This document shows, piece after piece, positions 39,790-47,985 of a stretch of DNA of 64,000 bases (the stretch's first letter is position 1; every line of letters begins with the position of its first letter). The position numbers were made by a program, and so were the translations under genes. Location of the stretch: the IMG/VR virus record IMGVR_UViG_3300022752_000021. One strand, given 5' to 3'. The stretch is from a virus. The notes under the pieces were generated by a model. The model searched no databases. It worked only from the letters and a program-made list of their open reading frames with translations, and was not told the DNA's origin.

Positions 39790-40112
39790 ACTACGACAAT
39801 GTGACCAACGACAAGTATCTTGGCGAATACTTGGACATTCATCGTGCATTCGGCAGACCCAAGATCGTTGATGAGATGATCCAATCACGATTCGATTACG
39901 ATCCTTTCTTGCGGGATGCAATCTATACCGCTGCATTGCAGATCGAAAAAGTTTGGAAAGAGGAAGAAGTTCGCGAGTTCGTGCTGCGTATGTCGTGGCA
40001 CATCATGCACCTTGAGGAAACACTCAAGCGAAACAACATCACCCACGAACCATACCGAAGTTACTACAACATGCCAAATGAAGAGGAAGCACATAATGAA
40101 ACCAAAGATTAG
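39786..40112 (+). CDS. Hypothetical protein
   Basis: GTG start overlapping the previous TGA. Confidence 0.6.
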   Translation: MNYDNVTNDKYLGEYLDIHRAFGRPKIVDEMIQSRFDYDPFLRDAIYTAALQIEKVWKEEEVREFVLRMSWHIMHLEETLKRNNITHEPYRSYYNMPNEEEAHNETKD

Positions 40113-40295
40113 ACATACTCTTTATGTTGTGACCATAACAATTCTCACAACAACACTTTTTATGGTGAAGTGTCAAGGGAATTTGTGGGCGCATCAGATT
40201 CGTCCCATTCCCACAGAATCCGAAAAAGTGCGTCCACCAGGAGAAGGTGTCAAACTTGGAACAGGAAAGAATATGCATTACAGGATGAACACACA

Positions 40296-40925
40296 ATGAA
40301 GACACTAATCGCAGCAGCATTTATCACAACGGCAGCACACGGAACTGGGACGCTCTGCACCTTTGAGAACCTTCCTGCTCCAACAACTCCTAGTATGAGT
40401 TCCGCTACCACGGGATTCTATTGGGATTACCTCTCCTCATATGAGGGATTCCACTTCACAAGTTCATCCTCCCAAGGCAACTTTCAATGGGGATACTACG
40501 ATCTCGTTGGTGGTGGGGGATACGCAGGATACGATGAGGGAATCATCGGGGATCGTGCTTTGTTTACCCCGTGGGGTTCTGAGCAGAACAAGAACTACCG
40601 CATTCGTCGTGATGATCTTTGGATTCTCAACAGCATTGAAGTCACATCAGTTTGGAATTCGACCGCAGTAGTTATAGAGGGATACCGATACGGAGAGGGT
40701 GTGTTTACTTATACTACACAACTCACAGCAGCACAGCGGGTAAAACTAAACATCTCCTCTGGATATCCTGGTCCGCTTAACAACATTACAGAGATCAAAA
40801 TCTACACCAATACATTTAGTTCTCATCTCGCTATCGACAATCTCAACTACACGGTGGTTCCTGCACCATCGGCACTTGCCCTGCTTGCGATTGCTGGTAT
40901 TTCAACTAATCGACGGAGGAAGTAA
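40296..40925 (+). CDS. Exported protein with PEP-CTERM-type (VPAP) sorting signal
   Basis: Signal peptide MKTLIAAAFITTAAHG; C-terminus VVPAPSALALLAIAGISTNRRRK (motif, TM helix, Arg cluster). Confidence 0.85.
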   Translation: MKTLIAAAFITTAAHGTGTLCTFENLPAPTTPSMSSATTGFYWDYLSSYEGFHFTSSSSQGNFQWGYYDLVGGGGYAGYDEGIIGDRALFTPWGSEQNKNYRIRRDDLWILNSIEVTSVWNSTAVVIEGYRYGEGVFTYTTQLTAAQRVKLNISSGYPGPLNNITEIKIYTNTFSSHLAIDNLNYTVVPAPSALALLAIAGISTNRRRK

Positions 40926-41027
40926 AATGCTTGATCTCATAACCATTGGTTTCTTTATTATCGCCTTCGTATTTGTCTTAGTAGATCTTCGTTTGCGCCG
41001 ACTTGAAAGTAAACAGGGAAAGTAGAA

Positions 41028-41414
41028 ATGATGAAACTCGCAACAATTTTAGCATCCGCTTGTGTTGGAATCGTGGCAGAACCACCGATCCTTCCTTTCA
41101 CAGAAATCAGTGATCAAAAACTCATGACCATGATGCAACACATGGTTGCGGCAGATGAAATCACAACCCAAGATTTCAATGTTGCTCTTCAACTTGAGCA
41201 TATTCGGTGGAAGTATACCGAAATGCGGACTATATTCTACGACACAGCAAAACAATCAGCGGATGGGTCTGTGATCTTCACAAAGGATCTAGGTAAGATC
41301 TTTGATGCCATTGATACTGATTTGGAGAAGCAACGCGAAAAGGCTCTTCAAGAAATTAAGAAGCGTAAGAATGAACAAGAGCAAAAGAAAACTCCTGTTG
41401 GGAATGAAGTATGA
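41028..41414 (+). CDS. Hypothetical protein with possible signal peptide
   Basis: Hydrophobic N-terminus. Confidence 0.55.
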   Translation: MMKLATILASACVGIVAEPPILPFTEISDQKLMTMMQHMVAADEITTQDFNVALQLEHIRWKYTEMRTIFYDTAKQSADGSVIFTKDLGKIFDAIDTDLEKQREKALQEIKKRKNEQEQKKTPVGNEV

Positions 41415-41579
41415 AAGACATTGCCTATGAACTTCGCGTTCTGAGCAAGAGGCAAGATCTGCCACCGGATGTAATTCGTACAATTTCAGAGGCGTATGCT
41501 GAGATTGTGGAACTTCGCAGTCAAGTAAGCAAATACGCTCTGGAAGCGATCACTCGTTTCGATGAAGAGAATGGGCTTA

Positions 41580-41587
41580 TATAAATA
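41580..41587 (+). promoter_or_regulatory. T4 late promoter TATAAATA
   Basis: Exact consensus 23 nt upstream of the ATG at 41611. Confidence 0.8.
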
Positions 41588-41610
41588 CCTCCATACAGGA
41601 GGACTTTTCC

Positions 41611-42144
41611 ATGAAGTCGTATAGAGAGTTCATTTCAGAGGCAGCAAGCCGTTCCCTTTCCCGTCTACACGGTCATATTCAGAGTGGTCATATGGTGGGT
41701 TTCATCTCAGCAAGCCGTGGGAATCTTTCTCCTGCCGAGAATAATAAGAGGACGAAGGAACTCAGGACAAGCCTCAAGCAGCATGGATATAGTCCCATCC
41801 CTGTAAAGGGTGAGTACATCGAAGACCACAATGGAGAGAAGAAGAAGGTGAAGGAGAAGACCTTCATGATTCACTCTGGTCAACTACCCCTCCGCTCAAA
41901 GAAGGCAGTAGAAGATCATGCAACGCTTCTTAGTGATCTCAAGAAGCATGGGGAGAAGTATGGTCAGGACACTGTTCTCACCGTCTCCAAGAAGCATGGC
42001 AGCGTGTTCCATGGAACTGGCAAGTCTGATTGGGTTCCAAAGGGTAAGAGAGCGCGTATCGGTGGTGCTGGTATCAGTACCAATGTTGGTGACTTCAATA
42101 CACGATTGAAGCGCAAGAAGTTCATAGTAGGTGGAGGTGCTTAA
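41611..42144 (+). CDS. Putative internal head protein with capsid-targeting sequence
   Basis: N-terminus MKSYREFISEA; late promoter; ISASRG...EN..RT..L...L...GY..V.G.Y.E body conserved in T4-like phages. Confidence 0.75.
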   Translation: MKSYREFISEAASRSLSRLHGHIQSGHMVGFISASRGNLSPAENNKRTKELRTSLKQHGYSPIPVKGEYIEDHNGEKKKVKEKTFMIHSGQLPLRSKKAVEDHATLLSDLKKHGEKYGQDTVLTVSKKHGSVFHGTGKSDWVPKGKRARIGGAGISTNVGDFNTRLKRKKFIVGGGA

Positions 42145-42409
42145 TGAGTGGTTTTTTTTCGAAATGGATAGAGAGTTACTTTCAAGGAAAGCGCATATTC
42201 GACAAGAGTCTATTTCGCATGACTGCGAATGAACGAATTGCGAAATATGGAATTGATAAGGTTGCTGAACTTCAAACTATGAGTCCAGCAAAGAGAGTCG
42301 AGATCTACGGAGAGGATTTTGAACAATATCTCTCCTCTGCCAAGAACGCATAAGATTCAGAATCAAATAAACGAAAGTAAGATTCTTTTCGATTCGCGTT
42401 CAAAGAGTA

Positions 42410-42437
42410 TTGACAGCAGAAGATTCCGCGATATACT
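42410..42437 (+). promoter_or_regulatory. Sigma70-type early promoter
   Basis: TTGACA-16 bp-TATACT. Confidence 0.7.
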
Positions 42438-42525
42438 TGTAGCACAACAGTTGAGGAACGCACGGGACTGCGGTGCGAACTCCTCTTTCAAAAGTGAAGC
42501 AGTCAATGTTTAGGAGTGTATAGTT

Positions 42526-42819
42526 ATGGCAACTGCAACCAAGACTCGTTCGACCCGTCCGCTCACCAAGACCCGTCAGGTCATCAATCATCTCCGTTCA
42601 GGTAAGCCAATCACCGCGGATCGCGCACTCAACAAGTTTGGTGTGAAGAACCTTCGTGCGATGATTTCTAGCATTCGCGAAGAGTTTGAGAAGTACGGCA
42701 ACTGGCAAATCACGACAACTCAGAACAACCGTGGTGAGACTGTCTACAACATGATCGACACTCACCCTGGTCAGCGCGTCTACGGCTTTGACGCTCAAGG
42801 CAATCGCTTCCGTCTTTGA
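42526..42819 (+). CDS. Winged-helix DNA-binding protein
   Basis: V.NHL.SG..IT...A...FGV.NLRA.IS.IR HTH pattern; AGGAG RBS. Confidence 0.75.
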   Translation: MATATKTRSTRPLTKTRQVINHLRSGKPITADRALNKFGVKNLRAMISSIREEFEKYGNWQITTTQNNRGETVYNMIDTHPGQRVYGFDAQGNRFRL

Positions 42820-42891
42820 CTAAGACAGTTGCGTGATTGACTAGACAATCACATCGGTGTTTGAATTCAGAATATTATTATTTGTCCGCGT

Positions 42892-42989
42892 GGGAACGGC
42901 AGTCGGGGTCAGCGGATGCTCCGATACTAGAAGTCTAGATCTAGACTAGAACGACGGCAGGGGGTAACTCCCCCTGCCGTTCCCTTTTT
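42892..42989 (+). ncRNA. Structured element ending in an intrinsic terminator, with a competing 5' antiterminator-like arm
   Basis: ACGGCAGGGGG-TAACT-CCCCCTGCCGT followed by TCCCTTTTT; GGGAACGGCAG (42892) is fully complementary to CTGCCGTTCCC (42974-42984). Confidence 0.5.
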
Positions 42990-43002
42990 ATGGAGAGACT
43001 GC

Positions 43003-43140
43003 ATGGAAAACAGACGGCACAGCGCAGGAAAGGGTGATTCGTATCGCCCCGTAGATCAGAAGAAGTGGGCAGAGAATTGGGACAGAATCTTCGGTAAGAA
43101 GAAATCGAAGAGAAAGACCTCCCCCAAGAAGCCGAAGTAG
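43003..43140 (+). CDS. Small conserved phage protein (GKGD..RP...NWDRIF)
   Basis: 45-aa ORF translated manually; GGAG RBS. Confidence 0.65.
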   Translation: MENRRHSAGKGDSYRPVDQKKWAENWDRIFGKKKSKRKTSPKKPK

Positions 43141-43146
43141 AATCCT

Positions 43147-43605
43147 TCATTTCGGGTGATCGAACAGCCAATGGCAATTTGGGCATAAAATAAGCAGATT
43201 TTCGTCTGCGTTTATTTCCGACAACATTGTCTTTGGATCAAACTCTGATATTGGTTTTCGATGACAAACCTCAACATGCTTATCCCAACCACACTGCTCA
43301 CAAGATTTTGTTTTTGTGGCTTTTGGGGTTGCTCTTGCTCTGCTTCTAACCAGAGCATATGCAGAGGATCGGTGATGTTTTGTGTATATGGCTTCTTCTA
43401 AAGTCATATCTTTCATAAATCTGTTTTCCACAAAGCATTTTTTGCAGTATTTTCTACTGCTACGCAACGGACATCCGCACGAATGACAACTTCCTTCAAC
43501 CGCTCTTTTGATGTGTATCTTATTGTTGGTTGAAGCGGCACATGAACGAGAACAAAACTTTGGATTGTTTGTTTCTTTTCCACAAGCGATACAAATCTTT
43601 GACAT
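43147..43605 (-). CDS. HNH endonuclease (paralog 3)
   Basis: Start at ATG 43605 (MSKICIACG); NPKFCSRSCAA; CEQCGWDKHVEVCHRKP...LCPNCHWLFDH. Confidence 0.88.
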   Translation of the reverse strand: MSKICIACGKETNNPKFCSRSCAASTNNKIHIKRAVEGSCHSCGCPLRSSRKYCKKCFVENRFMKDMTLEEAIYTKHHRSSAYALVRSRARATPKATKTKSCEQCGWDKHVEVCHRKPISEFDPKTMLSEINADENLLILCPNCHWLFDHPK

Positions 43606-43656
43606 GAGACGAACCTCCGTTAGACTACATATATAGTCGAAACGAAAGTTCAACTC
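43606..43656 (-). promoter_or_regulatory. RBS-sequestering hairpin with late-promoter-like TATATATG at the apex
   Basis: Minus strand GAACTTTCGTT pairs with AACGGAGGTTC (11 bp including GU; covers GGAGG); inner GACTA/TAGTC stem. Confidence 0.75.
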
Positions 43657-43663
43657 ACAAATT

Positions 43664-43739
43664 GCCCGTGTACCGGCACCGCCTTCTAAGCGGTAGAACC
43701 GTAACTGGATCGATGCAGGTTCGACCCCTGCCACGGGTG
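43664..43739 (+). tRNA. D-arm-less tRNA-Arg(UCU)-like RNA
   Basis: GCCCGTG/CACGGGT+G; only 7 nt before ACCGC-CTTCTAA-GCGGT; 20-nt variable region; GCAGG-TTCGACC-CCTGC. Confidence 0.65.
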
Positions 43740-43742
43740 CTT

Positions 43743-43925
43743 ATGGCAGACATTCAACAACTCATAGATCGACTGCAAACTGCAAGAGACGAAGTTAGTA
43801 ATCCCCGCGCAAAGATGCATGAATACACAAGCGAGGATCTTGAAACTCTCTTGGTTGATGTCATCTTCGCCCTTCAAGAGAAGACAGAAATTCATTTTGA
43901 GAACTTGACTCAAGGAGCCGATTGA
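43743..43925 (+). CDS. Hypothetical protein
   Basis: ATG immediately after the tRNA-like gene. Confidence 0.5.
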   Translation: MADIQQLIDRLQTARDEVSNPRAKMHEYTSEDLETLLVDVIFALQEKTEIHFENLTQGAD

Positions 43926-43926
43926 A

Positions 43927-44199
43927 ATGTCCACAATGAAGACTCTCAACTCTCGCTATGGCGACTCTCGTAAGATCACAGACAATGGTCATGGTGTGTG
44001 GACCATCGAAGGAAAAGCACATTACTACCGCGTTGGAATGAATGGTGACAACACAAAGATCGGATACTTCGATCCTGAAGGTGGACCATTCATTTCTGTT
44101 GGTAGCGACTATGGTTTCGGCAAGATTGGCGAAATCATCGTTGAAAATACTGAAGAGGGCAACTTCAAAATTCGTGTTGAAGTTGATGATTCGAATTGA
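43927..44199 (+). CDS. Conserved phage hypothetical protein (SRYG..R...DP.GGPFI.VG)
   Basis: Motif recognised by eye; AGGAG RBS. Confidence 0.65.
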   Translation: MSTMKTLNSRYGDSRKITDNGHGVWTIEGKAHYYRVGMNGDNTKIGYFDPEGGPFISVGSDYGFGKIGEIIVENTEEGNFKIRVEVDDSN

Positions 44200-44316
44200 C
44201 ACTATTGGCGTTCTGACGAAAACGCGGTCTTGACAAGAGATGCTCTTGCGTAAAACGGTCTGTACTAGTAATCGACCGACAAAGTAAGGTAGATGGTGTA
44301 ATCCATCATAGTGTCA
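44197..44316 (+). ncRNA. 120-nt multi-hairpin RNA with tRNA-like closure
   Basis: TGACACTAT/ATAGTGTCA closing stem; internal hairpins GCGTT/AACGC, CAAGAG/CTCTTG, CGGTC/GACCG, GATGG/CCATC. Confidence 0.55.
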
Positions 44317-44342
44317 TCATTCATAGGTCGAGTGAATCGACC

Positions 44343-44375
44343 ACAAGAGGCTTGCAAAAGCCTCTTGTTTTGTTT
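44343..44375 (+). terminator. Rho-independent terminator
   Basis: ACAAGAGGCTT-GCAA-AAGCCTCTTGT-TTTGTTT. Confidence 0.85.
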
Positions 44376-44408
44376 CAGAACTCTAAATATTCATAGGAGG
44401 ACTGAAAC

Positions 44409-44645
44409 ATGGCAAAAAATCTCAACAAGAAGTCCGCTAGAGAAGCAGATGAATATTTTCTATGCACACATGTGAACTCCGAAGGCTATCAATATGAACT
44501 TTTGCTCACCAAGAGCGAGTTTGATAATGGAGTTGCGCGAGCATTACGCAATCCCGAAGACATTCCTGTGAATTTCATAGTGTTGCAAGGTATCAAGGAC
44601 GAAACGAAGTACCCTTGCCCATGTCGCAAAGACGACAAATTGTGA
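44409..44645 (+). CDS. Hypothetical late protein
   Basis: TCTAAATA late-promoter variant and AGGAGG RBS upstream. Confidence 0.65.
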   Translation: MAKNLNKKSAREADEYFLCTHVNSEGYQYELLLTKSEFDNGVARALRNPEDIPVNFIVLQGIKDETKYPCPCRKDDKL

Positions 44646-44765
44646 AATTTCAAGTGTAAAATGCATATTTGAGCGAAAAAAATCAGTTTTTGGTCATTTT
44701 TCCGAACTATTCGGAAAGAATTTTCACTTTTTTTGGTTTTTTCGCCCATCAGACTCATTAGGGGC

Positions 44766-44793
44766 TTGCATTCTGACGATTTACTGTCATACT
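44766..44793 (+). promoter_or_regulatory. Sigma70-type early promoter (probable leaderless transcript)
   Basis: TTGCAT-16 bp-CATACT, ATG at +7; preceded by A/T tracts. Confidence 0.55.
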
Positions 44794-44799
44794 ACCTAC

Positions 44800-45072
44800 A
44801 TGAGCAACTTCCAAGGTGACATCGAACTTGAACGTCTCGCAAACGATTCCATGCAGGATTGGGGCGATGACTTCGACCCCGAAACCGTGGAGCAAGTGGA
44901 GCAACACGTCATGGAGGAGCATGACGAAGCGCAACGCGATTACCCCGAACGATTCAATTCGCGCGAAGAATGGGATGCCTACAACGAAGAATGCGACCGC
45001 CACGATCTTGAACGGGCGCATCTCAAGGGTAATGACATCGACTTCGGTGATCTTTTCGATCTTTCCTTTTGA
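44800..45072 (+). CDS. Acidic early protein
   Basis: Asp/Glu-rich, 90 aa. Confidence 0.65.
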   Translation: MSNFQGDIELERLANDSMQDWGDDFDPETVEQVEQHVMEEHDEAQRDYPERFNSREEWDAYNEECDRHDLERAHLKGNDIDFGDLFDLSF

Positions 45073-45097
45073 GAATCCAAACACAGGAGTTTTCACC

Positions 45098-45403
45098 ATG
45101 AGCAAGACCAAGACTGCAAAGAAGTCCGTCCGCACCAAGGTTTCCGTCAAGGTGACGAAGACCGCAGAGCCGTCGCTGATTTTCGACAAGCCAGGTCCAC
45201 AGACTCACACACGCGAACAGGCAGACGCACGAATTCGTGATCTTCGCGCGAAGGTGAGCAAGATGTACGCAGACGGAAAGTTCAAGTCTTCGATGGCTAT
45301 GACCGTTCCGCTCACACACATCGACAATGCAACCTACTACAAAATGTGCGGATGTTTTGACCGCGCGATTGACATCTGCGACAACTGTGATTCGAATCTC
45401 TGA
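45098..45403 (+). CDS. Hypothetical early protein
   Basis: AGGAG RBS before MSKTKTAKK. Confidence 0.65.
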   Translation: MSKTKTAKKSVRTKVSVKVTKTAEPSLIFDKPGPQTHTREQADARIRDLRAKVSKMYADGKFKSSMAMTVPLTHIDNATYYKMCGCFDRAIDICDNCDSNL

Positions 45404-45424
45404 ACAAACAAGGAGAAACACACA

Positions 45425-45862
45425 ATGAACAACGAGAACAACAACATCACAATCGAAATGCAGCACCCCGAACTCGACCTCGACATTGTGGATCGTTTGC
45501 TTACCAAACCTCCACTACACATCCTCACGAACATGGATCTCGTAAAGGCAGCGGACGAGATCCGTGTTCTTCGCGCAATGCAGACTGCGTATCAGATTGA
45601 GATTCAGAAAATCTTTGAGGAGAATACCAAACTCAAGGGCGAGGCAAAGGAACTCCACAATATGGTGGATGATCTTTCGGGTTGGGTTGCAGGGGTCGAA
45701 GCGGACAACGATACGCTCCGCAAGGACATTGCTCGACTCAAGGAAGAGCGTGATTTGGCACGGCGTGAGATTTGCCGATGGGAGGCATCCGCCACGGGTA
45801 AGCGAATCACGGAATGTGCCAAGTTGAACGAATGGGACTGCTTCAAGGAGGAATCCAAGTGA
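45425..45862 (+). CDS. ERD.ARR..C / WDC family protein (paralog)
   Basis: DIVDRL...AADEIRVLR...ERDLARREIC...EWDCFKEESK. Confidence 0.7.
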   Translation: MNNENNNITIEMQHPELDLDIVDRLLTKPPLHILTNMDLVKAADEIRVLRAMQTAYQIEIQKIFEENTKLKGEAKELHNMVDDLSGWVAGVEADNDTLRKDIARLKEERDLARREICRWEASATGKRITECAKLNEWDCFKEESK

Positions 45863-45870
45863 GCAACGAA
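45833..45870 (+). repeat. 38-bp gene-junction repeat, copy 1 (copy 2 at 47329-47366)
   Basis: TGGGACTGCTTCAAGGAGGAATCCAAGTGAG(C/T)AACGAA; one mismatch between copies. Confidence 0.9.
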
Positions 45871-46086
45871 GAGCGCGAATGGGAAGAACTAATAGGCAAG
45901 CGGCTACTGCTGACGGACATAATCACAAGAATCCAACGCAATGAATGGACGCTGCTAGAACTAAATTCAAACGGCAGGATTGGAAAGTTCCGCAACGAAC
46001 TTGCCAACACCTGTTTTTGGACTGACCTTGATGATCTCGTCGTGATGGATGTGCTTCCCGAAATGTACAAGCAGGAAACCAAGTGA
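45859..46086 (+). CDS. Hypothetical protein
   Basis: GTG start overlapping TGA; GGAGG RBS. Confidence 0.6.
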   Translation: MSNEEREWEELIGKRLLLTDIITRIQRNEWTLLELNSNGRIGKFRNELANTCFWTDLDDLVVMDVLPEMYKQETK

Positions 46087-46457
46087 CCACACACATTCTC
46101 AACATCTTGCTTGGGCTTTCCACAGTCGGATTCGTCGTGGTGTCCTTGCTCTACATGATTCACTTGCATGACACCAAGTGGAAACTCTTGAGCAAGGACA
46201 ACAAGATTCGTCATCTTGAATCCGAGTTGCGCCACTACAGCAGTCTCTACTTTTCGGGATGTGCTTGCAAGAAGAACCACGCACACACCGAGGAAGCGGA
46301 TAGCAGCAAGACCAATGAGAAGCCCAGCAGCGGATGGTTTTCGTCCCTGTTGAAAATGGGTGTCTTGGCGGCGATTGCCTACCTTGCCTATTTCCTGTAC
46401 AAGAAGTACAAGCAACGCTCAAAGTCCGTTCCCATCACAGCAGAAGTCATCAACTGA
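46083..46457 (+). CDS. Membrane protein
   Basis: Two hydrophobic segments. Confidence 0.6.
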   Translation: MTTHILNILLGLSTVGFVVVSLLYMIHLHDTKWKLLSKDNKIRHLESELRHYSSLYFSGCACKKNHAHTEEADSSKTNEKPSSGWFSSLLKMGVLAAIAYLAYFLYKKYKQRSKSVPITAEVIN

Positions 46458-46575
46458 AACACAGAAAGGAGAAAGCCATGAATAACTTTTGGAAGTACAT
46501 CAAAGCCGCAGCCATCGTTGCTGGAGTGTCAATGGTGGCATACTACGGCTACAAGAAGATCCGCAAGATGTTTGC

Positions 46576-46604
46576 TTGACAGCACACCATTTACCTGCTA
46601 TACT
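46576..46604 (+). promoter_or_regulatory. Sigma70-type early promoter
   Basis: TTGACA-17 bp-TATACT. Confidence 0.8.
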
Positions 46605-46625
46605 CTAACAACAAGGAGACTGACA

Positions 46626-46907
46626 ATGACTAAGACTGCAACAAAGAACAAGACCAACAAGACCGTTACCACAAGTGCATCTGACCTCTACGACATCGCA
46701 AAGACGATGGAGGGTCTGTTCGCAAAGATTACTAAACTCAACAACAATGTCTCGTCACGCTCCATCAGCGGTCGTGATATTGAGAAGGTATGTGATGACA
46801 TCTCAGAGGAGATGGGTGAGGCATTCGACACCCTGAAGACCATCCTCATTCAGAATGAAGTTGTCAGCGGGCCTTCCTACCCCCTCACTCTGCCCAAGAA
46901 GATTTGA
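46626..46907 (+). CDS. Hypothetical early protein
   Basis: AAGGAG RBS before ATG 46626. Confidence 0.65.
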   Translation: MTKTATKNKTNKTVTTSASDLYDIAKTMEGLFAKITKLNNNVSSRSISGRDIEKVCDDISEEMGEAFDTLKTILIQNEVVSGPSYPLTLPKKI

Positions 46908-47094
46908 TAACAAGGAGAACAACAATGACTGACACAATCGCCATGACACTCGCACAGAAGTCCGACCGCATCCTCTCCCAAACGCGGGGCTTGAGCGGAG
47001 CGACACCGAACGCCACGCAACTCATCGAGGAACTGCGGTGGGCGTTGGAGGAGAACATGAAGGAAGTGCAGCGGCTACGGAAGGAGGACGGCAA

Positions 47095-47358
47095 GTGAAA
47101 GACACAGACATCATTGCGGCGATTGCTCCTGACGCGGTATCGCTGATGGACAAGGCAATCGCAGAGATCAAGCGACTTCGGCAGGAGAACGCAACCCTCA
47201 CCGCCGAGCGCGACCATGCGAGGCGGATGTATTGCAAAGCCGTTGCCGATCACTATGAATATGCGTGCAACGCAGAACTTGATGGTGCTGGCCCTTACAC
47301 GCAGAAGGATGCAGCAAAGGATGAAGGTTGGGACTGCTTCAAGGAGGAATCCAAGTGA
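47095..47358 (+). CDS. ERD.ARR..C / GWDC family protein (paralog)
   Basis: EIKRLR...ERDHARRMYC...AKDEGWDCFKEESK. Confidence 0.7.
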   Translation: MKDTDIIAAIAPDAVSLMDKAIAEIKRLRQENATLTAERDHARRMYCKAVADHYEYACNAELDGAGPYTQKDAAKDEGWDCFKEESK

Positions 47359-47366
47359 GTAACGAA
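47329..47366 (+). repeat. 38-bp gene-junction repeat, copy 2
   Basis: See 45833-45870. Confidence 0.9.
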
Positions 47367-47636
47367 TACGCAAAGTTTCTTCGTGATTTTGCGGATGCGA
47401 ACATTGACTCGTTTGAGGATGAGCAACTTCATATGCTCCGCAATGCGGCCCGTGAGATCGAAAACCTGATCGAAGAACGCGACTCCGCACGATGGGAAGT
47501 CTGTGAACTTTCGGGAAATGGATCAATCGACTCCGCATCACGGGTGGCAGAGGAGCGTGGATGGGATATCACCGAAGAGGATGATGGCGAAGCCAACGCC
47601 AACAACAATCTGTTCCGTTCGACCGACATGTCCTGA
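47355..47636 (+). CDS. ERD.AR..C / GWD family protein (paralog)
   Basis: AAREIENL.EERDSARWEVC...AEERGWD. Confidence 0.7.
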   Translation: MSNEYAKFLRDFADANIDSFEDEQLHMLRNAAREIENLIEERDSARWEVCELSGNGSIDSASRVAEERGWDITEEDDGEANANNNLFRSTDMS

Positions 47637-47653
47637 GACAAGGAAAACACACA

Positions 47654-47974
47654 ATGAACAACGATAACAACAACACCATCACCGCACAAGAGAACATCAA
47701 CAACCTCGACCTCCTTGGCAAGACCATCATGGGCTTTTACACGTCGGGCAAGAGCATTGATCCTGTGACTGCTTCTCTTCTTGTAGTCCTTGTTGCGGAT
47801 TGTCGTGTGTACTCGACCGCGCGTGATGCGGATCGTCTCAACGACATCGGCAGCGACATCATCAAGAAAGTTTTCGAAGAAGTGAATCCTTCAAGCAACG
47901 AAGAAACCAATTCTGTTTCTGACGTTGCAGACTCCATCATCGCTGATCTTCGCAAGAGTGGCATCAACCTTTGA
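47654..47974 (+). CDS. Hypothetical early protein
   Basis: AAACACACAATG start motif. Confidence 0.65.
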   Translation: MNNDNNNTITAQENINNLDLLGKTIMGFYTSGKSIDPVTASLLVVLVADCRVYSTARDADRLNDIGSDIIKKVFEEVNPSSNEETNSVSDVADSIIADLRKSGINL

Positions 47975-47985
47975 GAAAACACACA

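Noticed and set aside
44208-44226. CTGACGA followed by AAAC resembles a hammerhead ribozyme core
   Set aside because: No stem II between CUGANGA and GAAA and no matching stem III or cleavage triplet; it reads as a simple hairpin loop
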